Shown one piece after another: positions 12,064-24,600 of a stretch of DNA of 64,000 bases. The stretch is from assembly GCA_004431415.1 (NCBI GenBank), contig QPMI01000230.1, positions 78,028-142,027 on the forward strand, read 5' to 3'. This stretch comes from Cyanophora paradoxa CCMP329. Taxonomy: Eukaryota > Plantae > Glaucophyta. Made by a program: the position numbers and the translations under genes. Position 1 is the first letter of the stretch. Every line of letters starts with the position of its first letter. The notes below the pieces were generated by a model. It was given only the letters and a program-made list of their open reading frames with translations. It was not told where the DNA came from and made no database searches.

Positions 12064-14292
12064 CTAGCTCGAGCTCGAGGGTGCCGAGCGGAGCCGGTGC
12101 GGCTGCCCGGCGTGCACGAGGCCATGCACATGGGCCTGCCCGTGGGACGCCGTGCGCCCCTGCGCGACGCCACCGGTCAGAGTGCGCCCCCATGCGCCCT
12201 GCAGCTGGACCTCGAAGGCCGCGGCGGCGGACCTGCGAGCGCGCCTGCGCCTGCGCGCATCTCTCCCACTCGTCGTCCCGCCGCATCTCCCCCACCGCGT
12301 TCTTCAGGTCGAAGCCCTGCGACGATAGGTAGTAGCTGCCCGCCGGAAGGGTCAGGCGGGCAGGGTACGGCGAGCGGCGGGAAAGGAGGGGTACGCGAAC
12401 CTCGCCTCCCCCTCCGAGAGGCCCATGGAGCGCTGAAGAGTGCGGACGAGCCTGCCGGGTACCAGCGTGAACGGGGGGTACGGTGTGAGAGGGGCGCCGG
12501 GTGCTCACCTCGCCCGCCGCCGCGCCTCCGCAGCGGCCTCCGCGGCGGCCTCCGCCTCGGCGCTCGGCGGGGGCACGTCGCTCACCGCTAGCTGCGCGCC
12601 GCGAGGGGAGCCCTCTCAGCCCACGGGGGGGCCCGCGGGGCCGGGGCCGGCTGCGGGAGGGGCGCGCCTGGGACTGGGCGAACGCGAGGGAGTACCGCTG
12701 CGCCGCGTCGTCTGCCGGCGCGCCGGCGTTGGCGGGCGGCGGGCGGCCAGCGCGCGTTACCCCTCTCGCCGACGCACCGTAGTGCAGGCGGGGCACGGGC
12801 GCCTCGGCCTCCTCGGGGCGGAGGAGGACGGGCATGGCGGCCGGGGGCAGGGGCACGAGGACCGACTCGCGCTGGCGGAAGGTCCCCTCGCTGAGGATGT
12901 TGTTCGCCCGCTTGATGTCCCCCGGCTGCGTCCGCGGGATCGAGGTCGGAAGGGGTACAGGGGCGGGCGCCGAGCGGGGGTACGGGAGCGCACAGTCACG
13001 CGGTAACGGAGGGCGAGGCCCGCGACCGTGTCGCGGCGCTGGACCTGCCGGGGGTACATCGCTCATCTCAACAACAGGGGTACAGGCACAAGCGGTGGGG
13101 AGCGGGCCTTGTGGACGATGAAGAGCTCCGGAGGGCCGGCGAGCATCTCGGCGAAGGCCCGCTTCCAGGACCCCCCGCAGGCTGCCGGCATACCCCCCAC
13201 GTCCGCCACGCCGAAGCGCGCCGCGAGCGCCCGCCTCCAGACGTGGCTGCAGAGCACGTCGGAAGGGAAGGCGGGGCCGAGGACGGGTGCGGCGCACGGG
13301 GCGTCGGCCACGGCGCGGAGAGGGCGGGAGGCGGCGGCGAGGCGGCAGAGGTCCCTGTGCCCCAGCAGCGCCACGATGTCGTCCAGCAGGTCCTGCGGGA
13401 GGCACCCGAGGCGCCCCAGGCCGTCCCACCCCTCCCCGCCCTCCCTGCCCCGCCCCCGTCAGCGTTCGAACGGCGGGTCTAGGAGAGCTTTTGAAACGCT
13501 GGGCGCACTCGCAGTGAGTCCCCGGCGATTCGTCGGAGGGGTTTGCACAGTCGTCGGCAGAGTTCAAGGCTGGCGCCTGCGCATGCAGAAGGATTAGAGG
13601 CGCGGCGCGACGAGAGAAAGAGCGGGGAGCGAACCGAGGCGGGCCGGGCGCGCGCCCTCCGGATCCCCTCGCACGCGCCCGCCTCGCCGCCCGCGTCCAC
13701 GGCGGCGGTACCATCGCGAACGGAAGCAACGCCATCTTCGAGGCGATCGAGCTCGAAGAAGGAACGGAGCCGACGGTGGCCGAGGGCGCCAGGACACGAG
13801 GCACACAAGCCAGCAAGGAATCCGAGTATCCGCGCCCGCCGCTGCGACGGGCCGGCGAGAAAGAGCTCCTTGACGCCCGCACGGAGGCTCGCCTTCAGCG
13901 CCGAGCCGAGATCCGCGCGAAGCTGCGCCGGCGCCCCGGCCGATCCGCGTGAGACAGCGGCGACGGGCGCCTCTCGATACGACGAGCGCTCCTGTGACCA
14001 AGCGACCGCTACGTATACCGCATCTAAGCTCCTATTGGGCGCGGCAAGCGCCCCCTTCGGCCGCGCCCCTTCGGCCGGCGCCGCGCACCGACGCCTCCAA
14101 ATCGCATAGGTCGGCGAAGGAGCGCAGCACGCTTCGTGGTTTCCCCTCATACAGAAATGAAATGGAAAAGAGTTCCAGGGCCTGCTGGGCGCTCCGCGTT
14201 GGCTGCCGTGCGGCGTTCTGGTCGACGTCGAGCCCCCTGCAGCTGCCGCTCCGCAGGATCACGGGACTCACGCCAAGAACTCTTAGATGCAT
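12064..14292 (-). CDS. PX-like + F-box + LysM protein with a small UBA-like C-terminal motif
   Basis: N-terminus FSISFLYEGKPRSVLRSFADLCDLEAS...HRRLRSFFELD (PX-like); F-box LPQDLLDDIVALLGHRDLCRLAAASRPLR; LysM HK|VQRRDTVAGLALRYRVT|PGDIKRANNILSEGTFRQRESVLVP; YYLSSQGFDLKNAVGEMRRDDEWE. F-box and LysM are strong calls; PX is weaker. Confidence 0.75.
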
Positions 14293-14820
14293 TGAAAGCG
14301 CTGCTGGGCGCAGCCGCTGCGGCGCCGGCGGGTCGACGTCCGACGCACTCCACCAGGCCTTGCTGTAGGTCTCGTACCCGGCCCTGCCGCAGTGCCCATG
14401 CCTGAACGCACGTGCACGTGCACGGGCGCGGCGGGCCGGCACGATTTGATTCGACCGAGAATACAGCGGCGTGTCGCCGAGTCGGTGTGCGTCGACCGGC
14501 GCCGGGCGCTCGCGCGCCGGCGGGCCGGGGCCCGGGGGCCGGCCGCGACTAGCGCGCGCATGCGCCTGCATATGCGAGCCCTCGCCGAGAGCTCTCAAAA
14601 GTGAATTAGCAATAAATGACGTTCAATGAAGCGAAAAATAAAGTGAATAATAGCGACTGGTGTCGCAAAGCGGCGAAGGGAGGCCTAGGGCGCCGGCGGT
14701 GGCTATGGTAATAGGAATTCGAAGGCCTAGCTATAGGGGAGGCCGGCGAACGCCGAGGCCCGAGAAGGTTGGTGGGGAGGGTGCCGGCCAGATCCACAGC
14801 AGGTCGGGTGTACTCGGCGA

Positions 14821-16525
14821 TCAGCAGCAGTCGTAGTACCTGCGGAAGAGAAGCCTCGTTGAGCCCTCGGCGGCACAGAGATCTAGAGCGGGCGGCGCGG
14901 GAACCAACGAACTCGTTCGAGAACCAGTTCCACTCCTTGCTCTTGGCCTCCAGCGCCTCGGGGGAAGGCATCTGCCTCCGAGTTCACGGCTCGCTCGGAA
15001 GACGTGAAGAGAGAGCGGAGGAGGGAACTCGCCTGCCACTCGACGGGAGGGCCGCGCCCCAGCGAGAAGCAGAAGTACCTTCAAAAGAGGAAAGTCACGA
15101 GGGCGGAGCCAGGGGCGTGCGGGAGGGGTAGGCGCACCGCAGGTTCGGCCAGCAGCCCCGCGAGAAGGGGTACACGTTCTCCGGGACTGCCTTCAGGTAA
15201 TCGATCTTCGCCCGCTTGAGCATCTGGGTACAGGGCCTCTCAGCTCGCGAATCCCCCGCAGCGATTCGAGGCACGGGCCTCCCACGTGGTCTGGTTCGAG
15301 CACGCCAGGAAGCCGTGGTAAACAGCCAGCGAGAAGGGGAGCATGCCTGGCGGGGAAACGGGATTCGAACGGGGTGCGGCAAGCGCGCCGTGGCAGATCT
15401 TGAGGGTACGGCGCACCGAACATAAGGATAAGAATAATACAGATGAGGAGGAATCCGTTGTCGTCAAGCCATTGCTTGAAGCCAGGGCGGTCCTCGAGGC
15501 CGCTCCCCGCCTGGATCCGAGCCGCCTGGAATTCAGGAGGCGCAAGGGAAGGGGGGGGAGGGGGAGGGGGAGGGGGGGGAGGAGGAGGAGGGGTAGAAGC
15601 CGGGGTACGGGCGCACAAGTAGGAGGCCCCAGCCACAGACTAGAGTCTCTGTGATGAGGTACCAAAGAAAACGACCTGGGATGTAAATCAGAGGGGTACG
15701 GGACGCATAGAGGGGGGTACGTGCAGTGATTCTTCTCCCCGACGCATGTCCCGATCCAGAAGCAGTGATGGTCTGCCGTCACAACCGAAAGCAGGATTCA
15801 GTCTCGCCCAAGTTTGACCAGCCGGCGCAGTCTCGTGCACCGAAGCGGCGGACGCAGCGGTTGCATTCCTTACAGTGCTTGCTCCGCAGCGGCTGCGGGG
15901 GGGTGTCGGAGGCTGCGGCTGTTATCATGAACGGCTGTGCAACTCTGGCACCTGTACAATCCCGCACGGCGTGCAGAAGCGGTGGTACGGTGGCAGGGTC
16001 GCCAGCGGCGGCGCAGCGCGGGACGCGCCGACGTCAGCGGCGTAGCGCAGAAGGCCAGCCTCCTGATCCGCGTCCGGGTCATCTGCGGCGATATCGGAAT
16101 GTCGCGTACGGGAGACTGGCCGTCGCGGCGAGCGCACCGGCCCGCACGCGGTCGGCGACCTCCACGTATCCCGGATCGCTGCCGACAAGGCTGAAGTACC
16201 GCCAGCAGTTGACCGCAACCACAACGGCGAATGCTGCGCGGCACAGCGAAGCTCGCTCGGTGCTACGGGCGCAGTCCGCTGAACGCACCGGCGACGTAGC
16301 CCCAGGAGCCGTCCGAGAAAGCCCTCCACAGCGCGTTGTCCGACCAGAGCACTCCACCGGCGAGTCCCACGTGAATCACGCACCAGGCGCCGACGACGGA
16401 CCGTGCTGCACGACGAGAATTTGATCGGCGGGGGCACGCGGAAGGATGCTCAAAACCGCACTTGGCGTGCAATCCGGCACGGTCCGTGAGAGCCGCCCCA
16501 CGAGCCGCTCCGCCCACTCAAACAT
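14821..16525 (-). CDS. DHHC protein S-acyltransferase, PAT10/ZDHHC12-like
   Basis: SDPGYV; QPLRSKHCKECNRCVRRF|DHHCFWIGTCVGEKNH; NQTTWE; IDYLKAVPENVYPFSRG; C-terminus WFSNE|YYDCC*. Confidence 0.92.
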
Positions 16526-16587
16526 CGACCGACACTTGTACCGGGGGCAGAGTTCATCCCCCGGGGTAAACTCAGCCGGCCGTCAAG
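16526..16587. promoter_or_regulatory. 62-nt bidirectional promoter region between the DHHC and PTEN genes, with a dyad
   Basis: Two divergent ATGs; central inverted repeat CCGGGGG...CCCCCGG flanked by TACC/GGTA. Confidence 0.6.
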
Positions 16588-19500
16588 ATGGACGGTGCGT
16601 CGCGGCGCCTCGTATGTGTGGCGAAGAGCTCGGCTTCGAGCGCTTAGCGGCCCGTCGCCGTCCCGCAGGCTTCTTGAGCAAGCTCCGCGCCGTCGTGAGC
16701 CAGGACCGAAAACGGCTCGTCGACAAAGAGAGCGGCGTCGACCTGTAAGCAATTTCCAACGCCGCCGCCGCCGCGACAGCGCCTCCGACCCTGGCGGCGG
16801 TCATTCTCATGAATCCTATTGCGCCGCGCAGCGACCTCACGTACATCACTGACCGCATCATCGGTACGTCTGCAACGCTTGCGCCGCCTTCAGGCCGCCC
16901 GTAGCGCTCGAAGGAGCGCCGCTAACTCGTGCACGCAGCGATGGGCTTTCCTTCCGCCGGCGTGGAGGCGGCGTTCCGCAAGTGCGCATTCGGCGCTCAT
17001 AGCATTCTCAGGCGCGCGGCATGCGGCGCAGCTGACCCCGGCCGGCCGCAGCGACATCGACGATGTCGCGGCGTTCCTCAACGGCCGGCACAAGGGCAAG
17101 TACATGATTTGGAACCTGAGCGACCGCCGCTACGACTGTGCGTCGCGTTCACCCCGCTCCTCGTCCCCGCCGCCGAGCTCACCCGCACGCCGCAGACACG
17201 AAGTTCGACAACCAGGTAGGGCAGGAACCGCTCAGCGGCGCGCTCCCCGCTTAGCTGTGCGGCCTCAGGTCCTCGAGTTCGGATTCCCGGACCACCACGG
17301 TGAGCCCGGCGGGCCGCTCCCGTGCCGCCTGCCCCTCTCCGCTCCTCACGCAGCGCCCCGCGCCGCGCCGCAGCGCCGCCGCTGGAGATGCTCTTCAAAA
17401 TCTCGAAGTCTATGGACGGCTGGCTCAAGGCAGACCCGCAGAACGTCGCCGTCGTCCACTGCCTGGTACCCCGGCCCCGTCCCGGCCCGCTGCACCCGCC
17501 TACCCCGCCGACCCGCGGGCGGCAGGCGGGCAAGGGCCGGACGGGCCTGGCGGTGGCGGGGTACATGGCCTACGCGGGGATCGCGGAGAGCGGCGCTGAG
17601 GCGCTCCACATGTTCGGCGTGAAGCGCTCCTGGGACGAGAAGGGCGTCACCGTGCCCTCCCAGAAGCGGTGCCCGCCCTGCCCCCCGCGCCGCTCGTGAC
17701 CCCCCGCCAACCGCCGGGGGTACAGCTTCGTCGGCTACTTCACGGACGTGATCAAGGGCCGCCGCGTCCCGCACTGCCGGCCCCTCGTCCTGCAGGCGCG
17801 CGCGCATGCCCCGGCCCCGGCTGCGGCCCGCTCTCGAACGAGCGCCCCCCGCAGCGCATCATCATGAACACCATACCGAAGTTCGACCGCTCGGGCGGCT
17901 GCAAGCCGTACTTCCAGGTGCGCTTCGCACCGCTCCACAAGCTGCCCGCTGCTACCCCGCTTATCTTGCGCCCGTACCCCCCCAGATCTTCCGAAACTTT
18001 GGGAAGACGCCCATCTTCAACTCCGCCGAGCACGGGCCCCTGAAGTGGGCCCCCCGGGCCCCTCCCGGTCCCCTCCCGCCCGGTCTCACGCGGGGCCCGG
18101 GCCGCCGGGGGCGCGCAGGACGTACACGAACAAGGACCTCTCGGTCTCCTTCCAGGTGGAGTGCATCATCCAGGGCAACATCCTCGTCAAGGCGCCCCCG
18201 CCCCGCCATCGGAAGCCAGCGGCCCGCTCGTCCCTGACCGCGCCTCTACGCCAGTTCTTCCACCTGGGGGCCCTCACGACGCCGATCCTCTTCCGCTTCG
18301 CCTTCCACACCGGCTTCGCCGACCACGGTGCGCGCCTCCAGGCTGGGAAGGGGCGGGCGCGGGGCGTGCTGGGGCGGCGCCCGCCCGCGCCCGCCCGCCC
18401 GCCGCGCCTCTCCCTGCTCGGCGGCGGGAGCGGCTCACCGCCTCCCCCGCGTGGCCGGCAGGCGTGCTGCGGTTCACGAAGCTCCAGCTCGACGGGGCCA
18501 CCGACGACAAGCGGTCCGCCCCGCCCCGCCCCGCCCCGCCCGTGGGTCTGCCCCGCCCCGCCGGCCTCACCGGCCTCGCCTCGCAGCTTCGAGGAGGACT
18601 TCTTCATCGACCTCATGTTCGGGCCCCTCCAGGTCCCCTCCCCCGCCCTCCGCTGCACCCGCTGCACCCGCCCGCCCCGAGCGCCCCGGGCGCAGGGCGA
18701 GCTCTCCAAGTCCGCCAAGCGCCAGCTCGCGCGCGAGGAGGCCCAGTGGCACGACATCCTGGTGCCCCCTGCCCCCTCCCCCCGCACACGACGCCCCGCC
18801 GGCCTCACCGCCCCCGCAGGCGGCGCTGCCCATCAACCAGGGCCGCACCGACTTTGAGTACCCCGTCGGCGGCTCCATGTACGCCGCCGAGGCCGGTCCC
18901 AGCGGGGTACAGGTGCGCCGTGTCCCGCGCCATCTCGCATCCGCGCGGGCCTAACGTGCCTCGGGGCCAGGCGAAGCCGGTCGGGGACGCGCCGGGGAGC
19001 CCGCCGCTGAAGCGGCCGCCGGAGGCGGTGTTCGAGCTCTCGGGGGGCGGCCAGGACGACTTCGACGGCCCCGAGGAGGCGGCGGGGGCGCCCGGCGCGC
19101 CCTCCGCGCCCGCGAGGCCAGCCGGCGAGGGCGGCGGCTGGGGCGACGTCCAGTTCGACCTCGGGACGCCCCCGGGGAGCCCCAAGGGCCGCCCCAGCGA
19201 CGCCGCCGCCGACGCCGACGCTGAGGCCGAGGCCGAGGCCGAGGCGAAGGCGGCGGAGGCGGCCAAGGCGGCGGCAGAAGCGAAGGCGGCGACTGAGAAG
19301 AAGGCGGCTGAGGGGAAGGCGGCGGCAGAAAAGGCGGCGGCACAGAAGGCGGCAGCTGAGAAGGCTGCGGCCGAGAAGGCGGCAGCAGAGAAGGCGGCGG
19401 CCGAGAAGAAAGCAGCAGCCGAGAAGGCGGCGGCGGAGAAGAAGGAGGTGGAGGCAAAAGCGGCGGCCGACAAGAAGGCGGCGCAGGAGAAGGCGGCCGC

Positions 19501-20010
19501 GGACAAGAAGGCCGCGGCCGAGGAGAAGAAGGCGGCGGCCGAGGCCAAGAAGGCGGCAGAGGCCTCTGCGGCGGCTGAGAAGAAGGCGGCGGCCGAGAAG
19601 GCGGCGTCAGAGGCCAAGGCCAAGGCCGAGGCAGAGGCCAAGGCGGCGGCCGAGAAGGCGGCGGCCGAGAAAAAGGCGGCTGAGGAGAAGGCGGCGGCGG
19701 AAAAGAAGGCGGCGGAGGAGAAGGCGGCAGCAGAGGCGACGGCGGCGGCGGAGGCGTCGGCGGGGAAGCCGGCGGCGGGGGCGGGGGAGGAGAAGAAGGG
19801 CGGGGCGAGCCTGAAGGCGGCCATCGAGGACCCGGCCAACTTCGAGGTGCCGCGCCCCCGCCTTCGGCCGCCCGTGCCCCGGGCCGAGCTCCCGCGCAGG
19901 CGTGGCTGGACGAGGCGGCGGCCTCGGCGACGGCGCCCTCGGCCTCGCCCCCCGGCGCCTCGGCGTCGGCCGCCGCCTTCTCCCTCGACGACGACGACTT
20001 CCTCTCCTGA
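16588..20010 (+). CDS. PTEN: PTEN-like phosphoinositide phosphatase (phosphatase + C2) with a long Ala/Glu/Lys tail
   Basis: [12 protein letters not shown]...DL|[10 protein letters not shown]|AMGFP; FPDHH|APPL; HCL|AGKGRTG; GVTVPSQKR; C2 region CKPYFQ...QGNILVK|FFH...[10 protein letters not shown]. Confidence 0.9.
19220..19750 (+). repeat. Coding low-complexity repeat, (EK(K)AAA)n charged helix
   Basis: Repeated gagaaggcggcggc-type units translating as [12 protein letters not shown] within the PTEN frame. Confidence 0.9.
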
Positions 20011-20301
20011 CCGCGGGCTCGCCTCTGGGCCCCTCAAGCTTCCACCACCCGGCCCGGATCTATAGCTAGCTAGACCTTTGCAGCGCCCTCCGATCCCCCC
20101 CGCCCCCCCTCCTCTCGATCCACGTACATGCACCGAACGAATTCGAAGAAAGCATCGCCCGACTGGTTTGATTCCCAACCGAGGCTCATGTGCGCTGGTC
20201 GCTCTCGCGCGCACGGGAAGAAAAAGAAATGTACAGGGTGGTGGTTGGTACCTCTGCTGCTAGGGCGATTGCCCCGGCGCGTTGCCGTGCCGGGCCGCTC
20301 G

Positions 20302-21629
20302 CTAGCTGTCGGAAGAGGAGCTGGCGAGGGCGGCGGCGAGCGAGCGGGCCGCCTTCTCCTTCTCCGCCGCCGCGCGCTGCTTCGCCGTCAACTTCGGCTC
20401 CGCTCTCGCCTGCGGCTCCGCCACAGCCGCCGCCACCGCCGACTCCGAGGGCCCCGCCGCCGGCGCCGGCGCCGCGGCCTTCGCCGGGCCGCGATGGCGA
20501 CGCCGGCGGCGGCGGCGTTGGCGGCGGCGGCCGCCGCCGCGAGGGCGGCGAAGGGAGAGGGGCGGGCGGGGCGGGCTCGGCCGCCGGCGCCGGGTCGACC
20601 ACGGGCGCCGCGGGCTTTCCCAGGGCAGGACGGCCGGCTTCGACGCCGCGGCGGCCTGCGCGTTGGCGGCCGCTGCCAGGCCGGCGAGAGCGGCGAAGGG
20701 GCTGGGCGCCGGGGCCGCTGGGGGCGCCGCCGCTGCGGGGGCCCCAGACGATGCTGCTTGCGCGGCCGCCGCCGCCTGCAGTGCGGCGAGCTGCGGCGCA
20801 CGGGCGTTAGTGGGACGCACGGGGCAACCGCAACGCGGCGGCGACGCGGCGCGCCTGCTGCGTCAAGGCGCGGAGCTGGTTCTCGAGCGATGCCGGAGGG
20901 GGCCGAGCGAGCTCCCGCGGAGCGCGCGGCTTCGCCTGCGTCCCGGGCACGACCCGGCGCCGAGGGGGCGGGAAGTCCACGGGAAGCTGGCGCCGGACAA
21001 CATGACCGCTCGGATTCCCGGAGCGCGGCGTCTGCGGGACCTCCGCAGCGTCCAGGGCTGCGCGGTTTCGCGTCAGACCGCGGCGGGCGGCCCGGAAAAC
21101 GCGGCCGGCGGACGGACCGTCCATAAAGCCAGTGCCCTCCTTCTGGGCGGGGATCCGCACGATGCCGAATCGGATGCCGAGGCGCCGCACGTATCTGCAG
21201 AGGCCCGTCAACCGCTGAGTGCGAAGGCGGCCGCCGCAGAATTCCGCAGAAGTCGGACGAGGCGGAACGGCATCCGGGAGCCGCAGCCTATACGGGGCGA
21301 CCCGCAGCTTGCCAACGAACCTCCGAAGCTTCCGCTGCGTCCGCGGATCCCGGAGGCCAAGCCGCTCGACGATGAAGGTTGGGCCCTGCGGACGACGTTC
21401 GGAAACCCTTCACACGGCGCATACGGAGCCCTTGGACACTTGCCTCAGTGAGAAGCCATGTTACAAGGTCTTTGAAACAGCCGGCGAGTTCTTTTGACAC
21501 GGACCAGAGCCGAACTCCGATGGCGATGACCTCCTTCTCCTTGGCACTGAACTGCTCGGTCTCACCATCGCTGTCGTGCCCAGAGCTCGTCGAGCTGGGC
21601 GCCCGGCGAGCCGTACGAGCCGTGGCCAT
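20302..21629 (-). CDS. Hypothetical protein with an Ala/Pro-rich C-terminal half
   Basis: MATARTARR...VTWLLTE|GPTFIVERLGLRDPRTQRKLR|RYVRRLGIRFG... The frame is kept across GC/GT-AG introns and ends SLAAALASSSSDS*. No family recognised. Confidence 0.6.
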
Positions 21630-21698
21630 CTTCTCAGCAAACGAAGTGGACCGACGTACCGGGGCAGGAGCGGGTTGGGGGTACAAACGATCGATCAA

Positions 21699-24600
21699 AT
21701 GCGCCGCCTCGCGTTCCTGGCGCTCTTCATCCTGGCGCTCCGGGCCTCCGCGCAGCTCTCGGGGAGCTGCGAGGGGCAGTCGGATTGCAATAGCTGCGTC
21801 CAGCTCCCGGTGACCGCTTGTCCTTCCGCCGCTGATGCGCCGCTCCCACCGCTGATGCTTCCCGCGCAGGATTGCGGTTGGTGCCTCGCGGATGGTGCCC
21901 CGGGTGTCTGCGCGCAGAGCGCCAGCTGCGCGGGAACGTGGGCGCTCTCCGCGACGGATTGCTCGGGTTCGTCAGGCGGCGGCGCGCTCTTCTAGCTTGT
22001 CATCGCGTTTGGCAAAGAGCTTTTCCGCTTTCCGCGCTCGCTTATACGCGCGCTTGATCGGCGCCGGCTGATGCTGAGCGGTTGGTCGGCTTGATTGACG
22101 TTTCCGAGCGCAGCGGCATCTTCCGTGCAGCCGGCACCTGTGATTGCCGACTGTAGTGTATCGTCTGACTGCACCTCCTGCCTGGCGACGCCGGGGTGTA
22201 CCTGGTGTCCGGATCCCGCAAGCCCGGCCTGCGTCCAGGTTTGAACCGTGAATTCGATGCCTCCTGAGCTCGCGCGCCGCGCCTCACTCGTGCCACGTCG
22301 TAGAGCGGCCTCTGCTCCGTCGCGTTCGTTTCCGACCCCTCGCAGTGCGCGGCGCCGGAGCTGCCTCAGCCGGCGCCGGCCACCTCGGGTGCGGCGCACG
22401 CGCGTGCCGGCCCGCGCCCCGCTCTTTTGACCCGCCACAGATGCGCTCCTGCCGCCGCCGCCGGACGCGCCCATCCCCGTGATCTCCGCGGCGCCGCTCC
22501 CCGCCATCTCGTTTCCGCCTCTGCCGCCGCCGCCGGCCTCGGAGTCGCCGCAGGCGTCGCCGGGCGCGGGCGCGACTGCGGGCCCCGCGGGGACGGCGGC
22601 GGCGTCGCCCGGAGCGACGGCGTCCCCCGCGGCGTCCTCGCCGGCTGCCACCGCGTCGCCCGGGGCACGCCGGGCCCCGCCACCGCCACCGCCGCCCCCG
22701 CCGCCGCCCGCGCCGCCGCCCTCGCCTTCGCAGAGGCGGACATCCGCGCCGTGCGCTCACCTTCGCGCTCCGTCGTGCCCCGCGCCGCCGGCCCCACTGC
22801 TTCCCGCAGGACGTGCTCGCGCTGCTCCAGAGCCAGGACGTCATCGCCGGCCTCGTCCGCTGCGAGGTCGGCCGCGGGCTCCAAACTCTCCTTGAGGACC
22901 TTCCTCTGACTGTCTCGCCCGCGCCAGTACCACGACGCTTTCTGCAGCGGGGTGCGCCGCGCCTTCGCCGCTCGCACGTGGCGGCGGCCGCGGGGTGACG
23001 GGGCGCGCCCGGTGGAAGGCGGACGGGAGCCTGCACTTCCCCGAGGAGCTCGCGCGCCCCGAGAACAAGCGGCTCAATTCCGTTCTCACCCTCCTGAACG
23101 CGCGCCCCGCCCCGTCGACGCCCCGCCCCGCCCCCGACCGCGACCGCCGCCGGCGCAGGACACGATCCTGAACCAGGCGAAGTACGCGGGGGTAACATGG
23201 GCCGACGCAATCGCCGTCGGCAGTGCCGCTGCCATCGAGGTCCGCCCCCGCCCCCGCCCCGCCCCTCGCCCTGCGCCGCGCTCCCCTCCCGTCTGACCTT
23301 ATCTGGACAGGCGGCCGGCGGGCCGCGCATCCCCGTGGGGCTCGGCCGCCTCGACGCCACGCGCCCGGGCGCCAACGGCCAGGCGCGCGCGCCCCCCTGC
23401 CCCTTCGTTCGCCCCCGCCGTTCGAGCGCGCGCCCCGCGCAGCTCCCCCGGCTCGACATGACCATCGCGGTGGCGTGTACTCCCCTCTCTCGAACCGGGT
23501 CCGCCCTCCTCCCGCGCCCTCTGAGAGCGCGCCCAGATGAAGCCCTACTTCGCGCACCTCGGGCTCAGCGTCAAGGACATGGCACCCGCCCCTCCGCCAC
23601 CCCGCCTGGAGCCGATCTGAAGCCCCGGGCGCGCGCGCGCGCAGGTGGCGCTCTCCGGGGTGCACGTGCTGCGGCGCGTCTTCGGGCCCGTGCCCCGCTT
23701 CTCCGCCGACTACTTCACCCAGCTCCTCGGCGTCCGCCCCCCTCAGCAGTGCCCTGCGCTGCAGTTAGAGACCGTACTTAGAGGCTCGAAGCCCCTAGAC
23801 GCGACCGCGCTCTCGCCCTCCGCTGACGCTGACCCCGCGGGCAGGCGGGGGACAACCGGACGCTGGCCGACGCGCGGCCCGCCCGTTCCCTTCTCCCCGG
23901 CCGTCTCCCCCACGTCCTCACGCCGCCCCGCGCAGCTTCTTCAGCACGGACCTCGAGCTCCTCAAGGCCCGGCCCCCTCCTCCGCTTTCCGCCTCCGCCC
24001 TCTGACGGGCCGCGCGGAACGCAGGCCGACGACTCGCGCGCGGTCGTCTCGGGCTACTCCGCGAACCTCGTGCGCCGCCTGCTGCCGGCCCGCCCCCCGC
24101 CGCCCACCCCCCGCGCGCAGGCCTCGTTCACGGACGACTTCGTCAAGGCGTACCTGCGCTCCTGCCTCGTCACCCCCTCCACCGCCGTCCGGTGCCCTGT
24201 TTCCCTCCCCGCGGCCCTATCCTCCCGCCCGACGCACCCTTCAGGTACGGGGCGTTCGCGTACGACCCGGGGAGCGGCGTGGGCGGCTGGGGCTGGTCCT
24301 ACCAGCGCATGGAGAAGATGGCCCGCCTGCCCCCGCCCGCCGCAGCCCGCGCCCGCCAGGGCTCACGGGGCGGCGGGGGCGCGCAGGTCGAGATCGCGAT
24401 CGGGTGCGCCGACCGCAACAACCGAAAGTGGTGCCCGCTCCTCGTGCGCCCCGCCCCACCCCCCGCCCGCTCCTTCTCGAACGCCCCGCCCCCGCGTGCA
24501 GTACGTGTGGAACTCGGGGGCCGGCCCCCGCGGCCCCTGCTTCGCCTTCGCGGCGGACGCGCCGAGCGCGGGGGCGCGCTTCCGCGCGGCCTGGGGCCCC

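Noticed and set aside
19220-19750. TolA or other bacterial gene insertion
   Set aside because: The similarity is only low-complexity AEK composition, and the segment is in frame within the PTEN gene.
22655-22670. Frameshifts (also near 7640-7700 and 58340) as pseudogenes or programmed frameshifting
   Set aside because: They fall in or near G/C runs in otherwise intact genes, so sequencing indels are more likely. Read-level checking is needed.
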